A stretch of DNA of 64,000 bases from Octopus sinensis (GCF_006345805.1 NC_043004.1:39184001-39248000), one strand, 5' to 3'; counted from the first letter of the stretch, positions 1-13,738 are shown. Made by a program: numbers and translations. Notes: generated from the letters alone by a model not told the origin.

Positions 1-408
1 CTACAGGAGTGGCTGTGTGATAAGTAGCTTGCTTACCGACCACATGGTTCCAGTTTCAGTCCCTCTGCGTGGCACCTTGGGCAAGTGTTTTCTACTATAG
101 CCTCGGGCCGACCAAAGCCTTGTGAGTGGATTTGGTAGACGGAAACTAAAAGAAGCCCGTCGTATATATGTGTATAAATATATGTGTGCATATATGTGTA
201 TATGTTCGTGTGTCTGTGTTTGTCCCCCCAACATCGCTTGACAATCGATGCTGGTATGTTTACGTCCCCGTAACTTAGCAGTTCGGTGGAAGAGACCGAT
301 AGAATAAGTACTAGGCTTCCAAAGAATAAGTCCTGGGGTCGATTTACTCGACTAAAGGCGGTGCTCCAGCATGGCCGCATTCAAATGACTGAAACAAGTA
401 TGAAAAAG
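1..408 (+). mobile_element. tRNA-derived SINE, family A (head, internal TA/TG microsatellite, 3' domain ending in GAAACAAGTAAAAGA-type tail)
   Basis: A-box-like GGCTGTGTGATAAG and B-box-like GGTTCCAGTTTCAGTCC; same body recurs at 1082, 23769, 34713, 35130, 35911, 36633, 40232, 60359-61549 and 62220. Confidence 0.85.
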
Positions 409-1081
409 ATGTAAAGATATACAAAACTTCAAAAGCGAGACAGCAGAGCCCATAGTAGACTCTGTGGTACATTAAGAAGTATTGCTTTACAAATACAAAT
501 ACCTCGCTCACCATTATTAACCAAGCATGATAAGATTGCACACATTACTTACGTCATTTTCATCTGGAGGAAAGAGCACTACTCCTGCTGTTTGAAAACC
601 ACGAGAGGTCAGTGAGATGGACTTCAGGAAAAATCTTGAAACAAAAGATATTTCTCGCAGTAGGATATCTATTGAAGGAGGATTGTTGTTGTGGGTAATT
701 GGGTAATGCTGAATGCGGAAAGCGAGTATTGTATGGGAAATGAGAAGGAGTTTGGTAACGCGATACCAATCAGCAGAAAACAGGACAGGCTATTTCAGAA
801 GCTTAGAGTGCAAACACAGTGTATAGAACATACTTAACTATCTTTTGTGGATGACATGAGATCAATTAGAAGTGTTGACATCTTTTACGTACGATCTTGG
901 ATTGTTGTAGGTTTATCTTTGAATATATGCGTGTGAGAGAGGGAGGGAGAGAGAGACAGAGAAAATGTCTTTCTACTAAAGAAAAATCCTTAGTGACTTC
1001 AATTAATATGAGCACTTCAAACAGCCTTAGATTAAAATACCGGTGTATTTTGATACTATATTTATAATGTCTAAAAACTCA

Positions 1082-1467
1082 GTGGGCGTGGTTGCGTGAT
1101 AGGAACCTTGCTTTTCTACAACAAGGTTCAGGGTTCAGTCTCACAGCGAAGCACCTTGAGTAATTGTCTTCTACTATAGCTTCAGGCCAACCAAAGTCTC
1201 GCGAATGGGTTTCGTAGAGAGAAACTGAAAGAAGCCTATCGTGTGTGTGCCTGTGTCTGTGTGTTTGTCTCCCACCACTACTTCACAACCGATGCTAGTT
1301 TGCTTTCGTCGCCATAACTTAGTGGTTCGGCAAAAGAGATCGATAGAATAAGTACCAAGCTTTAAAAAACAGGTACTGAAGTTGATACATTAGACTAAAA
1401 ATTCTGCGTGGTGGAGTCTCAGCATAGCCGCAGCCTCAAGCCTGAAACAAGTAAAGGATAAAAGAAA
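1082..1467 (+). mobile_element. SINE family A, diverged full copy
   Basis: Colinear similarity to 1-408 (ctactatagc...ccaaag...gaaactgaaagaagcc...gatagaataagtac...gaaacaagtaaa). Confidence 0.8.
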
Positions 1468-2051
1468 CAAATATTTTATATAACGATTGTTACATCGCAA
1501 CATGCACTTTCTGCATCGCTCAGAGCATTCCAATAGTTCATCACTGACGAAATTAAATCAGGTCGAAACAGCGTAACTGGCGGTCCACGCACTCCTTATT
1601 TTCATTTTCATTTTTCTTTTTTTTTTTTGCATAAAACTTTATTCGAAAGGACTTTCTGAGACTAAATATTATGGGCCGGGACATTCCACGTTCGAATACA
1701 TATTGGAAATGCTATACACAAAAGAATTTTTATCTAAAGCTATTTTAAGGGCATAAATTATATTATTCTGGCCTGGTTAGCATTTACATAATTCAATAAA
1801 TATCTCCGGGTTAGCTCAGAACGTCCAGGGCATTCGTCTTTGAAAAGACCAAATAACATTTCTAAAAAACGTGACTGCGACTCACTTGGCATTCTGAACG
1901 AGTAGATATGTATGTGTATATATATGTGTGTATGTGTGGTGTGTGTGTCTGTGAGTGTATGTATATATATATATATATATATATACGTATATAAATATAT
2001 AAATATACATAAATATGTATACCCATATATACACATACATACATATATATT

Positions 2052-2103
<52 letters not shown>

Positions 2104-2328
2104 TATAACTGTATATATGTATATGGATCGAGATGTAGGAAGAAAGTTAGCTTCAAGCAATCCATAAAAGATATAAATTAGTAGCTTTCAGGTACAATAG
2201 TAGTTTATTGAGACGGAAGGTTGTGGATCCTTTTTCGTATCGAAGTACGATAAGGTGAAAAAGTTCTTTTCCTATTCCCCAGTAGGTGACCAGGGTTGCC
2301 AAGTGCGCGAATTAGAATATAAGAATTA

Positions 2329-2542
2329 CAGAATGGAGTAGATAAGATCTGGGCTACATATGTTTCATAGCGAGCAGAACCTCATAAGTGGAAAATATCC
2401 AGATGAGGTGTAGCCGCAGGTTACTATTCAAGCCGAGGATATCGTGATTAAATGTAAGTTTACATTGCCGCAAGAAGGTACATTATGCTACTGCATAGAA
2501 GACTCAATCATACGTAGCCCAGATGTTACCTACTCCATTCCG
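2329..2542. mobile_element. MITE, about 214 bp, Tc1/mariner-type (TA TSD)
   Basis: 34-nt TIRs CAGAATGGAGTAGATAAGATCTGGGCTACATATG versus reverse complement of the right end CGGAATGGAGTAGGTAACATCTGGGCTACGTATG (4 mismatches); TA on both flanks. Confidence 0.65.
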
Positions 2543-2584
2543 TAACACCCCTGTTTATATAGATATATACATGTGTGTGTGTTT

Positions 2585-2615
<31 letters not shown>

Positions 2616-2782
2616 CATACACAATTTAAAGGACTGACCACTAAAAGTGGACGGTCAATATGCTAGATATAGACGTCAAAATCGCTATTTTCCACGAAGA
2701 ATGTGTTCTCAAGAAAAAACTCAGCACAAAACCAAAGTGTAAAAAATAAGCAAGACAATTGAAAATATACGAAATATACGAA

Positions 2783-2813
<31 letters not shown>

Positions 2814-3968
2814 ATATATATATTAAAGAACGGAAGCTCATACACTCACGTAGCATATATTTTACATGTGTGGATATATGAGTGATTTCCACATAGTCTC
2901 CTCTACCAAATTGATAATATATGGATTGTTCTGCGGTAAAACATACTACACAGTGAGATCGAACCCTGAAGGACTAGGTTTAGTAATGAAAATTTTAAAC
3001 TCTGAACAACCAGCATCCGCCTATTGTCCTTAGTTATAGTCCTTATTTGGTAAACATCCTACTTCCCAGCTTTGAGCTTCATTTCCTTGGAAATGAAGTT
3101 ATGGTGTCAGGTTAAGTAGTCTATGTGCTGTGGATTAACACACAAGGTGGTCGGCCTCGGCATTGGAAAATAGAGTGAAATGATAAACTTATGAGATTAA
3201 ATAAACATTATTAAACCACTCAACTATATTCTCTTGGAATATTTCTTATATTTCCTGATTTATTATTATTGCAGATAAAATTCAGTCAGTTGTTTGTCTT
3301 CCAATCTCATCTCTCTCTCTCTCTTTCTCCCACCCTCACTTTTTATCCACGAATGCACTCACACACACACTCAAACACAGAGATACATCTATAAATATAT
3401 GTGTGTGTATGCGAGAAAGTGCGACATTTATGTATGTATATGTTTATCATAATTTCCATTCTGTCGAATCCGTTACATTTAACTAATCTCCAGACCCAAT
3501 TCAAATCTCTTCTGCTTCCCTCAGTTTGCTTTTTCAGTCTGCTTTCCTACTGTTCACCCTCTTTTATACAATCATTATCTCAAACTTTAATCTAAAAGAA
3601 ACATTTCCTCACCTATTTCTAGTATCCATGTTTAAATTTAGTTCAGATAGTTTGTAACCATTTCACAATTTTCCTCCAACTAATTTTGTAAACTTTTTGC
3701 TTGGGTTTCTTTTTTTTTACGGTTTTTCGTGCTGGCTAAGGTTTTGACTTCAAATTTCACTACATTTATCTTTGCAGAATATCTTAAGCAATGAGATAAT
3801 TTTCTGAAGCAAGAAGAGAATTATAACGAAATACAAATATAGAATAATCTTTTCTACTCTAGGCACAAGGCCCGAAATTTTGGGTGAGGGGGCCAGTCGA
3901 ATCAACCAGTTCCAGCCAACAGTTACGCTGCAGTAACAAGAAAAAGTTTGACGGTGGATGTTTTGTAA

Positions 3969-4355
3969 GTAAGAGAGATTCAACTGGATGAAACGAATTT
4001 AAAGAAGTTCAATGAACTAATCAGAAAAGAAGGAGACAGCCTGAGGCTGATATGCCGCCCAAGGATGTTATGGAAAAAAACAGAGAAAAGGACAATTGTA
4101 TACAGAACGCTGTCTATAGCTACCAAAAGACTTGAAATAGCTGCAGCAGAGGCTGTGGAAGAATGTTTAAAAGGAATCAAAAGCCTCACTACATTTTACA
4201 CCAGAGGCAATAAATATGGCACAGTGGAGGTTCGCTTCGGGAGTGAACAAGAAGCGATAAAGCACTCCACTGTGCCTTTGAGATCGACTGAGTGGGTACT
4301 ACTGCCATCCTACTATGGCAAACGTGCGGGCAGAGTTAGGATTACTCGACCCTAG
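3969..4355 (+). mobile_element. LINE ORF1-like (RRM-type) fragment
   Basis: Open frame of about 128 codons with RGNKYGTVEVRFGSEQEA...LLPSYYGKRAGRVRI, resembling ORF1 proteins of non-LTR elements; flanked by pieces of a minus-strand family B SINE (3845-3905, about 4375-4410). Confidence 0.5.
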
Positions 4356-4984
4356 GGCGCAGTTGGCAGTTATTGTCATCGACCCCCAAAACGATGAAAG
4401 GCAGGAGGATGAAAGGCTAAGCATTTCAAAGAAATAGAATATTTCTGCCCAATATTGTCCACATGACTTTGTGTCACATGGGCAAGCTTGGATCTAGAGA
4501 GCATCAAACATGTCAGGGAGTTTTTTGTTGTTTTGATTTTATAAGTTTATTCTTTTTTTTTCTTCTGGTATTGAACCTGAAAGAAAATATGGCCTGGTTT
4601 TATCTCCAGACAATCACAGCGACACTACAATTAATTTTAAATTTCATTGTGATTAATTTAGATGGTAAATAATGTCGTTTGTACAATGGTTTGACCTAAG
4701 GGCATAAAGACTAGTTAGCACAATTATATTGAAAATTCGTGTTAGCAGAATGTGAAATGGCAGAACAATTGCGTTTAGAAATATTGGAGGAAACTATCAA
4801 TCGTTGAGGGGCGGAATCCAGAAATAAGGCATTGCAACAATACATCTACCTAATGCGGTAGAATATATATAAGGCGAGGAAATTTTTTCTTTATAAAAGG
4901 GAAAAATAATAGGCATATTGGCTATGAGTGCATGTATGTGTGTGTGTGTACAATTGAAATAGATAGGTAGATATACATACACAT

Positions 4985-5041
<57 letters not shown>

Positions 5042-5069
5042 TGTATATACATATATAATATATATATGC

Positions 5070-5119
<50 letters not shown>

Positions 5120-5120
5120 T

Positions 5121-5213
5121 TCTTTCTTTCTTTTCCTGAGCGTCCAAAAACACTATACTTGTTCCTCGTCCTCACGTTGTTGTGTTTTCTCTTTGTTCAT
5201 GTTTGGAGTAACA

Positions 5214-5215
<2 letters not shown>
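5121..5215 (+). mobile_element. 5'-truncated copy of the HHR/pLTR-like family seen at 19943 and 58653 (3' tail only)
   Basis: ttcctgagcgtccaa...atacttgttcc...cgttgttgtgttttctc...catgtttgga shared with those copies; embedded in (TA)n. Confidence 0.7.
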
Positions 5216-5292
<77 letters not shown>

Positions 5293-6160
5293 CAGACAGG
5301 CAGGCTGGCAACCACAGAAACAGACATGAATTGTGTATTGATGTGTACATTTAAACTGTGCAACTAAACGTGTCTCTAGAGTGAAAAGAAGAGTTTTAAA
5401 GTTAAAAGCAAGTTAAAAAATACCCCCGTATATTAGGAAATAAAACTTAAATCCAGAATTGAAAAGAACGACAGGATATACTTTAAATTTTATTTAACTG
5501 AATAAAACGTATGAGAATAAGATAAATTTGATGTGAATAGAAGCTAATTTGAATTAGTAGTGAACTAATTTTAGGCACATTGTAACGTAGTTTAGATAGT
5601 ATATCATTAGCTCAATCTAATGTATAGTTAATGTGATTAATATGCACTTTAACATTTCATTCACTTCCACTTTATAAATATAAAATTCCAAATCTGTTTG
5701 CCTATTTGTGCGTTCCATAATTTTAGAGGAAACTGTTTGTTTTGCCGAGAAAATATTTCGATTAAACTGCTCTTTAAAACAAATTCTTTTGCCTAAAGAT
5801 CCATTTCGTTTATCTATTTATTCATTTATTTATTTATTTATTGTTATACCTCGCTCAGAGCTATATTGTTGCTTATTTATTTATTTATTTATTTGTTCCT
5901 GGAACACTCAAATCAGGGGTACATTTTACCTTATATCAACGCTGGGAAAAAATAAAAAACGTCTATCCATTCACAATCAGATGCGAATGACTATGAAAAT
6001 ATCGAATGACTGGAAAGAATTACAGTATCGCATACAAAAGAACACGTTACGCGCGCGCATAAACAGTTCTTATACTGAACGTAAGAGGACAAATGCACCA
6101 AACACATGCATATACATTCAGACTGATACACTTAGCCTTCTATTCTTTAATAGAAATAAC

Positions 6161-6593
6161 GGATCATTTCGGTTTGATCGGCAGTTTTACTAGCGGTGTC
6201 ATATGAAATTGTCACCCATAATTATGACCCTAGTATCGATCTATTGCATTTCAACCTGTTTTAGGGTTAGGGTTAGTTAGGCTTAGGGTTAGGGGTGGGG
6301 GCAAGGGTATCTTTTTTTCTTCAAAAATGTAAATAAACCCAATCTGTTTCTTAAACGAGGGACATATTCATACGGCACAGAATGATGTTTACGTCAATGG
6401 ACGTCTGTGGTTGGTTGAAATTGCAGAAATTGAAGAAAAAAAAACAACAAATATCTTACAAACTATAGAATTTTCTCAATAAAGCCAAGACAAAAAGATG
6501 TTTTATAAACACATTCTACCAGTATACGAAGTTTTAAAATTTTCAGTTACCTAGAAATTATGTTAAAAACTGCCGTTCAAACCGAAAAGATCC
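6161..6593 (+). mobile_element. MITE, about 433 bp, 8-bp TSD, GG-starting TIRs (Merlin-like), internal TTAGGG repeats
   Basis: TIRs GGATC(A/T)TTTCGGTTTGA(T/A)CGGCAGTTTT; TSD GAAATAAC at 6153-6160 and 6594-6601. Confidence 0.8.
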
Positions 6594-7034
6594 GAAATAA
6601 CAATTTTCACATAAGTATCTATTGCTATATATGCTCGCATGCACACCTGGATATGAATATGCACTTTTAAGCACATATATATATATATGCATGAATACAT
6701 GTACATGTGTGTCTCTGCAGACAACCGTTAGACGCTAGGTAAAGCTACACTGAATTATAGAAGCAAAGATGTCTAGGAGGAACGCCAGAGAAATGGACTA
6801 ACTAGTACTGGCGTTTCAACCTTTTCGTAATACGTTTGTTATCCTAAAACCAATCAGTTTTACGAAAAGGAACGTATTCTGAAAATTTTGAAACTCGAGT
6901 AATAGGTTGTCCATTTCTCTGGCGCCCGCATACATCTTTGCCTTTATACATTGAGTTATGCTTTACCTAACCTCGAACAGTTATTGACTGCTACTTCCAG
7001 GAAAAAGTGGTGCCATGTTGCGCTACTATTTCTT

Positions 7035-7036
<2 letters not shown>

Positions 7037-7107
<71 letters not shown>

Positions 7108-7340
7108 CGCTCAGTCGAAGTCGACTCTCGGTTACTCGTTGGATCAGTGTCCTCCAGTCAGTTCTATCCTGGGCCGCTTCTTTCAGATTGGCTATGTCCA
7201 TTCCGGTATCACTCTTGATGGTGTCAAGCCAGCGGGTTCTTGGTCGGCCTCTTCCTCTCTTGCCACAGACCATTCCGAGCATGATGTCCTTCTCCAGGGA
7301 TTTTCTCCTCATAATATGACCGAAATATGCCAATCTATGC
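7037..7340 (-). mobile_element. RTE-clade LINE 3' end with (GATA)n tail
   Basis: RLAYFGHIMRRKSLEKDIMLGMVCGKRGRGRPRTRWLDTIK...AAQDRTDWR is the typical RTE/BovB-like RT C-terminus; the stop is followed by a tetranucleotide tail. Confidence 0.85.
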
Positions 7341-7344
7341 ATAT

Positions 7345-7406
<62 letters not shown>

Positions 7407-8172
7407 CATACATATGTGTTTCTTTGTGTGTATGCATTCAAATTATTCAATACCAGTAGACCTATAATGCAAGTATTTTCAATGCCATATACTTCATGTG
7501 TCTTGTTTAAACTCCACTAGCTGCGGTTTCTTCGTCAGGGAAAAATACCATTTAAAGTCATACACCGTTAAAGAGTACCATATACATCAGAGTGAGGCGA
7601 ATCTATATCGACCCAGAAGTGATCATTAGAGTGGTGTTTCGCCTTAGTTGCGGCTTATCAAGTCTGCATGCTCGGACTACATCCGAAACGAATTTGAAAT
7701 CACTATTCTTAAGTATAAGCAAATAGTTTACAAAGTATTTCTTCGTGTATATTATACATAGTGGTAAAATTCGTATTCACCAGTTATATTACTGATGGAG
7801 ATAATAGTTGAGTTAATTAATTACGTTCTGGTCTTTTCACTTTGCTAGACTGTGGTCAATGTGAAAAATGATTATTTTCCAAGAAACCATCCATCAATTA
7901 CTTGTTTACAATGTTCTGAACATAGTTTCTCTCAATATTCTCGTAAAAATAATTCATTACTTTATTCGAAATATATTACATAGTAATTCCACTGAGAAAT
8001 TTTTATTTGTGGCTTTCAGAAGATATTTCTTTTTATTCAATTAGGTGTGAGTATTAGCGATATATTGATTGGATTGCCACGTTTGTAATGTTTTTCTGTT
8101 AATACCTTTTTCGTAAGTTGTCGAGCAAGTAAAGTTAAGGTAGGTAAAACTTTAAGAGTAAATGAAAATTTC

Positions 8173-8610
8173 GGATCTTTTCGGTTTGAACGGCAGTTTT
8201 TACCATAATTTTTAAGTAACTAAAAGTTTTAAACTTCGTATACTGATAGAATGTGTTTATAAAGCATCTTTTTCTCTTGGCTTTATTGAGAAAATTCTAT
8301 AGTTTGTAAGATATTGGTTTTTCGTTTTTGTTTTCTTCAATTTCTCCAATTTCAACCAATCACTGACGTCCATTGAGGTAAAAACATTGTGTGCCGTATG
8401 AATATGTCCCTCGTTTAACAGATTGGGTTTATTTACATTTTTGAAGAAAAAAAGATACCCTTCCCCCCACTCCTAGCCCTAACCCTAAGCCTAACTAACC
8501 CTAACCCTAAAACAGATTGAAATGCAATAGATCGATACTAGGGTCATAATTATGGGTGACAATTTCATATGACACCGCTAGAAAAACTGCCTTTCAAACC
8601 GAAAAGATCC
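8173..8610 (-). mobile_element. Second copy of the Merlin-like MITE, inverted relative to 6161-6593
   Basis: Same TIRs and interior in reverse; TSD AAAATTTC at 8165-8172 and 8611-8618. Confidence 0.8.
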
Positions 8611-8634
8611 AAAATTTCTCCTATCCAACATTAT

Positions 8635-8722
8635 GATTACTACTACTACTACTACCACCACCACCATCACCACCACCACCATCACCACCACCACCACCAC
8701 TACCACCACCACCACCACCACC

Positions 8723-8760
<38 letters not shown>

Positions 8761-8762
8761 CC
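8635..8762. repeat. Compound trinucleotide microsatellite (TAC)n(CAC/CAT)n(TAC)n
   Basis: Read directly from the sequence. Confidence 0.9.
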
Positions 8763-9010
8763 AACAACTTAATGCTTCATTTTCCAGGCATTTCCGGTAA
8801 TCTTGCTGGTTTACACTAAAGGTGACATGTGCATAGTGCAAGAAAATTAACTTGAAAAGTTGAGTGTTTTTTTTTTTCCTTTTCTTTTACAGAAATATTT
8901 GTCTTTTAGATTTCCATTTTAGATTTCTCAACCTTATACACACACACACAATAACAATACACATAACTGTACTTATTTTGCGCAGGTGTATAGATATATG
9001 TGTGTGAGGG

Positions 9011-9140
9011 TTGGTGACCAAAGGTGCTGGAATACTGACTGTAAGGTCACGGATTTCATCAGGAACGATCGGTGAGCTCTATCCTTGGGAAAGGCACTTC
9101 ATCTCCCGTTCTTCCAGTCAGGACCCTGTAACAGCTGAGC
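9011..9140 (+). mobile_element. Highly decayed tRNA/CORE-like SINE
   Basis: Degenerate head followed by tccttgggaaaggcacttcatctc, a CORE-like motif also seen at 23940. Confidence 0.35.
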
Positions 9141-9312
9141 GTTGGTGCATTTATCCCTTCCGCCAACTGTTATATCCTGAATCTTTTTGCTTTTAAGTTT
9201 TAAGAGGATGCCTTTATCTGCACCCAACTACATAGGCACCTAAAACGATTACCGAAAGTGTGGTACATACTACTAAGTTATATTTGCATGGAAGTGACGA
9301 CTAAGGATTTGG

Positions 9313-9354
<42 letters not shown>

Positions 9355-9593
9355 TGTAAATATGTATGTACTCAGGGCTGTGTGTGTGTGTGTGTGTATG
9401 TGTGTGTGTGCGTGCGTGTGTGTGATGCACACGTATCTTTATTATATCAACGCAGCATTTTTGGTTAAAATTCTTAGTTAAACATTTAATGGCATACTAC
9501 TGAAAAAAAGGTTTCGAATAGGGAATCGATTGTAGCCTTTTCTAAAATGTATCACGAAACAAAATATCGTCATTCTAAGAACACATATATGCC

Positions 9594-9830
9594 TCATTTG
9601 TAAAGTGCTGGCGTTAGTCGTATTCCTAAGAAACCAAGTCGTATTCCTGAGAAACCAAATGATTTGTGGATAACATTAGAAAATCTAATCAACCGAATAG
9701 ACTTAAAGCGGTCTAGTGTTACTTGAGTGCAGACCTCAACAGGCACGAACCAACCGCTGGAATGCATACAGTCTACTATCTCCACTACCTTTGCCAACAT
9801 TTGCCACCCTTGTTTTCTATCAAAAATGAA
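9594..9830 (-). mobile_element. Decayed CR1/L2-type LINE 3' end
   Basis: KVVEI...WFVPVEVCTQVTLDRFKSIRLIRF resembles the CR1 C-terminal motif RVV..WN.LP.EVV.A.SL..FK.RLD.F. Confidence 0.4.
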
Positions 9831-10192
9831 TAAGAATGCTTATCAAAATCTCATTTTATTTTTAGGTATAAGCATCCTGTATGAGGGAGAAATCAAGCAT
9901 AAATTGTTACATCAAACGAGAATTTTAATGGATTAGCTTCTAATTACTAGCCTATGTGCTTTATCAATTCCACATGGGTTCGAAAGGAAGTTTAGTGAGT
10001 TCCTTCCGTGTGCTTCGGATGAATATCAAATGCAATAAATTTTATGTCGTATTTTCTTTTCTATTTTTATTCATGTTACGTTGATATTTCATTTATTGTG
10101 TTTCCACCTAATGAGTTAACTCTTTGTATCTGATCGCAATTGTATCCAGACTAAATATCTTGTATTTCTTTGCCAATATTAAACGATAGTTA

Positions 10193-10405
10193 AGGCGGCG
10201 AGATGGCAAAATTGTTACCGCTTCGAAAATGCTAAGCCGTATTTCATTCGTCTTTACGTTCAGAGTTCAAAGTCCGCCGAGGTCGAGTCTCTCTTACATC
10301 GTGTTGGAGTCGATAAAATAAGTACCATTTGATCACTGGGGTCAGTGTAATCGATTTACCCACTCCTCTGTAAAATTTACTAGCCTTGTGCCAAAATATT
10401 AAACA
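10193..10405 (+). mobile_element. tRNA-derived SINE, family B (aggcggcgagctggcag... head)
   Basis: A-box/B-box (gagttcaaa), ccgccgaggtcgac, gataaaataagtacca...tggggtc; recurs at 21941, 27288, 33058 and 38960. Confidence 0.75.
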
Positions 10406-10875
10406 ATAGTAGCTAGCAGATCTTACGCATTCTGCAGAAATTACAGCCAAGATCCCTGTCAGATCACATAAAAGGAAGATTCAATGGACAATCAAATATA
10501 CAGAATGTAAATGAAGACGCTGTCGTGGCTGGAATAACTTTTTTCATGCGTTTTCTCGGTCACGATTTACTTGGTGCTAAACAACGAACACAACTTGGTA
10601 TCAGTTGGTTTGCAACACTGTATAAAGGAGGATGCAATAAAAAATATAGCCCTAGAATGGCGGATAAAAAGGGGTGATTAAATGAAACATCTTCAGTCAT
10701 GGCTTACTTAGTTTATGGTTTTATTTGTGAGAATTACAAAGACTGTCGGTCGTATTTTAGAAATCAAAAACAGATAGGCTGGATTATTTCCATGTATGTG
10801 TGTACCTGTGCGTGTGTGAACATGTGTGTACGCGCAAGCAAGTATGAGGCTAAAAGCATTTTGCTCGCCCTCTAC

Positions 10876-10913
<38 letters not shown>

Positions 10914-11073
10914 ATCTATCTATCTAGCTAGCTAGCTCTCATACCCCCTCTCTCTATCTCTATCTCTCTCTTTCTCTCTGGCCGGGGCCATTAACTTGCA
11001 ATAAATCCGTTTTACTTTAAAGATGTCTATCAAGTTATTGCAATTCACTGATACACGATGGAGAGGACACACA

Positions 11074-11114
<41 letters not shown>

Positions 11115-11438
11115 TGTACTGTGTGTATGTGTGGGGGTGAATAAGTCTGCGTGCGTATGTGTGTCTCTGACAGTGTGTATGTGACTCTGTGTGTGTGTGT
11201 GAGTGTTTGTAGGTAATATATGTATGTATTTATCCACAATATATATGTATATCTATACACATATGTATGTGTATGTATGTAGGTTTACACTGCACAGCCA
11301 TCAGTACAAGCGTTCTCTTGAGTAATGTTGTATTGACCAACGCTAGGAGTGGAAAATGATCGACAGAATCTGAAACTCAGTCATGTATATCTGTGTATGT
11401 CTGTGTGTGTGTGTGTGTGTGTGTATGTATACACATAC

Positions 11439-12195
11439 GAGGTGGTATCGAAGGTTTCAGGATTAGTTCTGTTGGGCACTGACAGATGGCAGCACATAGT
11501 TGCGTGCCCAGTGAGAGCTTGCATTGACCTTCGCGAGGCAGTATTTCAAGTGACACCACTGTGTTTACTTCACATGTTGTGAAATACTTTTTTTGTGGTC
11601 ACCTGTATTCTGCAGTCTGCGATGTTCTCATGAACAGAAAGTTGGAACAAAGAGCCAACGAGAAATTTTGCGTTAAAGAGGTATGCTTCGGTAAGATTAC
11701 GGAATCGAGAAAATGGGTCATACGCAGTTTCGAGTGACACGGGCGATTCAAAAGCGAAAGAAGTCCCTGGAAGACGATGAGCAATCTGCAAGATATTAGT
11801 CGAGCATCGCCTGGGGCTAAGCCGTCAATCGAGAGTTCTACAGCGCCGTTTTCAAGTGTTTGAGAGAGGAGGCCATTCAGCGAAAGCGACTGGATCTGTG
11901 GGGCGCGAAGAATTGGATTGTTCGCGACGTCAATGTACTCTGTTACCGAACTCTCCTCACTCGTGACCTTCTCCCCAAAACAACTCGGTATTACTTCTGC
12001 ACCCACCCTTCTTTTCCCCACATGTAAAATGCAGCTCAACGGTTACCGTTTTAATACCGTTGTCGAGATCAACTGCGAATCGCAGAATGTCCCCGGATCG
12101 CTTACAAAAAAATACCTTCTAGGCCTGACTCTCAAAGTAGCGAGAATGCTGGGACCGGTGTTGTGCTGCTGAATGTGACTATTTCGAAATAGATA
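11439..12195 (+). mobile_element. Internally deleted, decayed mariner element
   Basis: Left end TA-CGAGGTGGTATC; fragments MNRKLEQRAN.KFCVK, SLEDDE, FYSAVFKCLREEAIQRKR.DLW..KNWI and a C-terminal WDRC..A..DYFE-like segment; many stops and frameshifts. Confidence 0.7.
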
Positions 12196-12434
12196 CCGTT
12201 ATATATATGTATATACATATATATCTTCTTGATGTACTCAGGAGATTAAAGTTACTCTATTAAACACAATCTAATCATTGAACGTAACATAAATACAAGT
12301 ATATTTCACCATTATTACTTCCTAATCGTTAAATTATTTTTCAAGTATCACTTCCCTATTCAAAATTATGTAAAGTGAATTAGTGAGATATTGCGAAGCT
12401 CATATATAACAACAACAACAACAAAAATGGTGGA

Positions 12435-12471
<37 letters not shown>

Positions 12472-12488
12472 ATATATATATATATATT

Positions 12489-12544
<56 letters not shown>

Positions 12545-12560
12545 ATATATATATATATAT

Positions 12561-12603
<43 letters not shown>

Positions 12604-12610
12604 TATATAC

Positions 12611-12649
<39 letters not shown>

Positions 12650-12650
12650 C

Positions 12651-12691
<41 letters not shown>

Positions 12692-12790
12692 TATATATTA
12701 TATATATATATATAATAATATATATATATATATATATACATATATACATACATACATGTATGTGTTTATATATATATAAACACATATATT
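12435..12790. repeat. Long interrupted (TA)n microsatellite
   Basis: Read directly from the sequence; source of the spurious YIYIYI ORFs. Confidence 0.95.
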
Positions 12791-13695
12791 GAGTTACCAC
12801 CGCCATTGCTTTTGCTGGTTGTGCTAGGCATCGTTTAACTATGTTTGTCACACTTCGATGCAAGAACAGTCTAGATTAATTAAACTTATCGCACTTACCA
12901 CATAAAGCAACTTAACACTATGCTATGAAACATTGAGCATTGCATTTATTTGCTAAGATCGTGCCGTACTGTCGATATATAGAAAAATAAAAAAGAAGAT
13001 CGATAGATTCTCTCGCCGTTTAGCTGGCAATAATAACATCAGTCGCTTGCATTTCTACATGACGAAATGTAAATCCAGCAAGAGACAAATGGCAAAGCCA
13101 ACAACGGAACTGTAATTCATAATCCATCTGTAAGCTATTTGTGATAGCAGCTCACGTACTTTACATCAACCATACTCGCCTCTATATCAAGGGGGAAAAA
13201 AGCAACTGTTTGCCTATATATACTTTTAAAATAGATTGGAAGACAACTTTATAGCATCCCCACACCACTGCTTCACCATCTTAACTTTAGTCTTAAATAC
13301 TTATTAATTGTACATATGTATCATATAAAAAGCGAAATTCTTTTATTTTTTATTTTCGTTTCTTCATTTTTTTGCTTTAGTTTTCTTTGGGGGGTTTTAT
13401 AGTTTATTTTCGCTTCTAGATACGAAATCTTTTGAGATGTTATCTAGGATTTATACATGTGCTTATTCAAAAGATTTGTGGCACCAAACCGTTAATCGAA
13501 ATTAGAAATCTTCCACATGTTTTTATTTCTTTTCCGAAAACAATAACCATTTTTCACTCACAAAAGGGTAATTGTTAAAACATTATTTCGTAATCTATGG
13601 AATTTACGATTAAATTATTTGACAGTTTCCATAAATACACACACGCTTACACACAATGTTTATGGGCACATATGGATACAAAAAGATAGATAGAC

Positions 13696-13738
<43 letters not shown>

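Noticed and set aside
6260-6300. Telomere or telomere-fusion remnant
   Set aside because: The TTAGGG tract lies at a fixed internal position in all three MITE copies
7520-7545. CTGACGA-A-GAAAC on the minus strand
   Set aside because: No stem II or stem I pairing; may be chance or a heavily deleted relic
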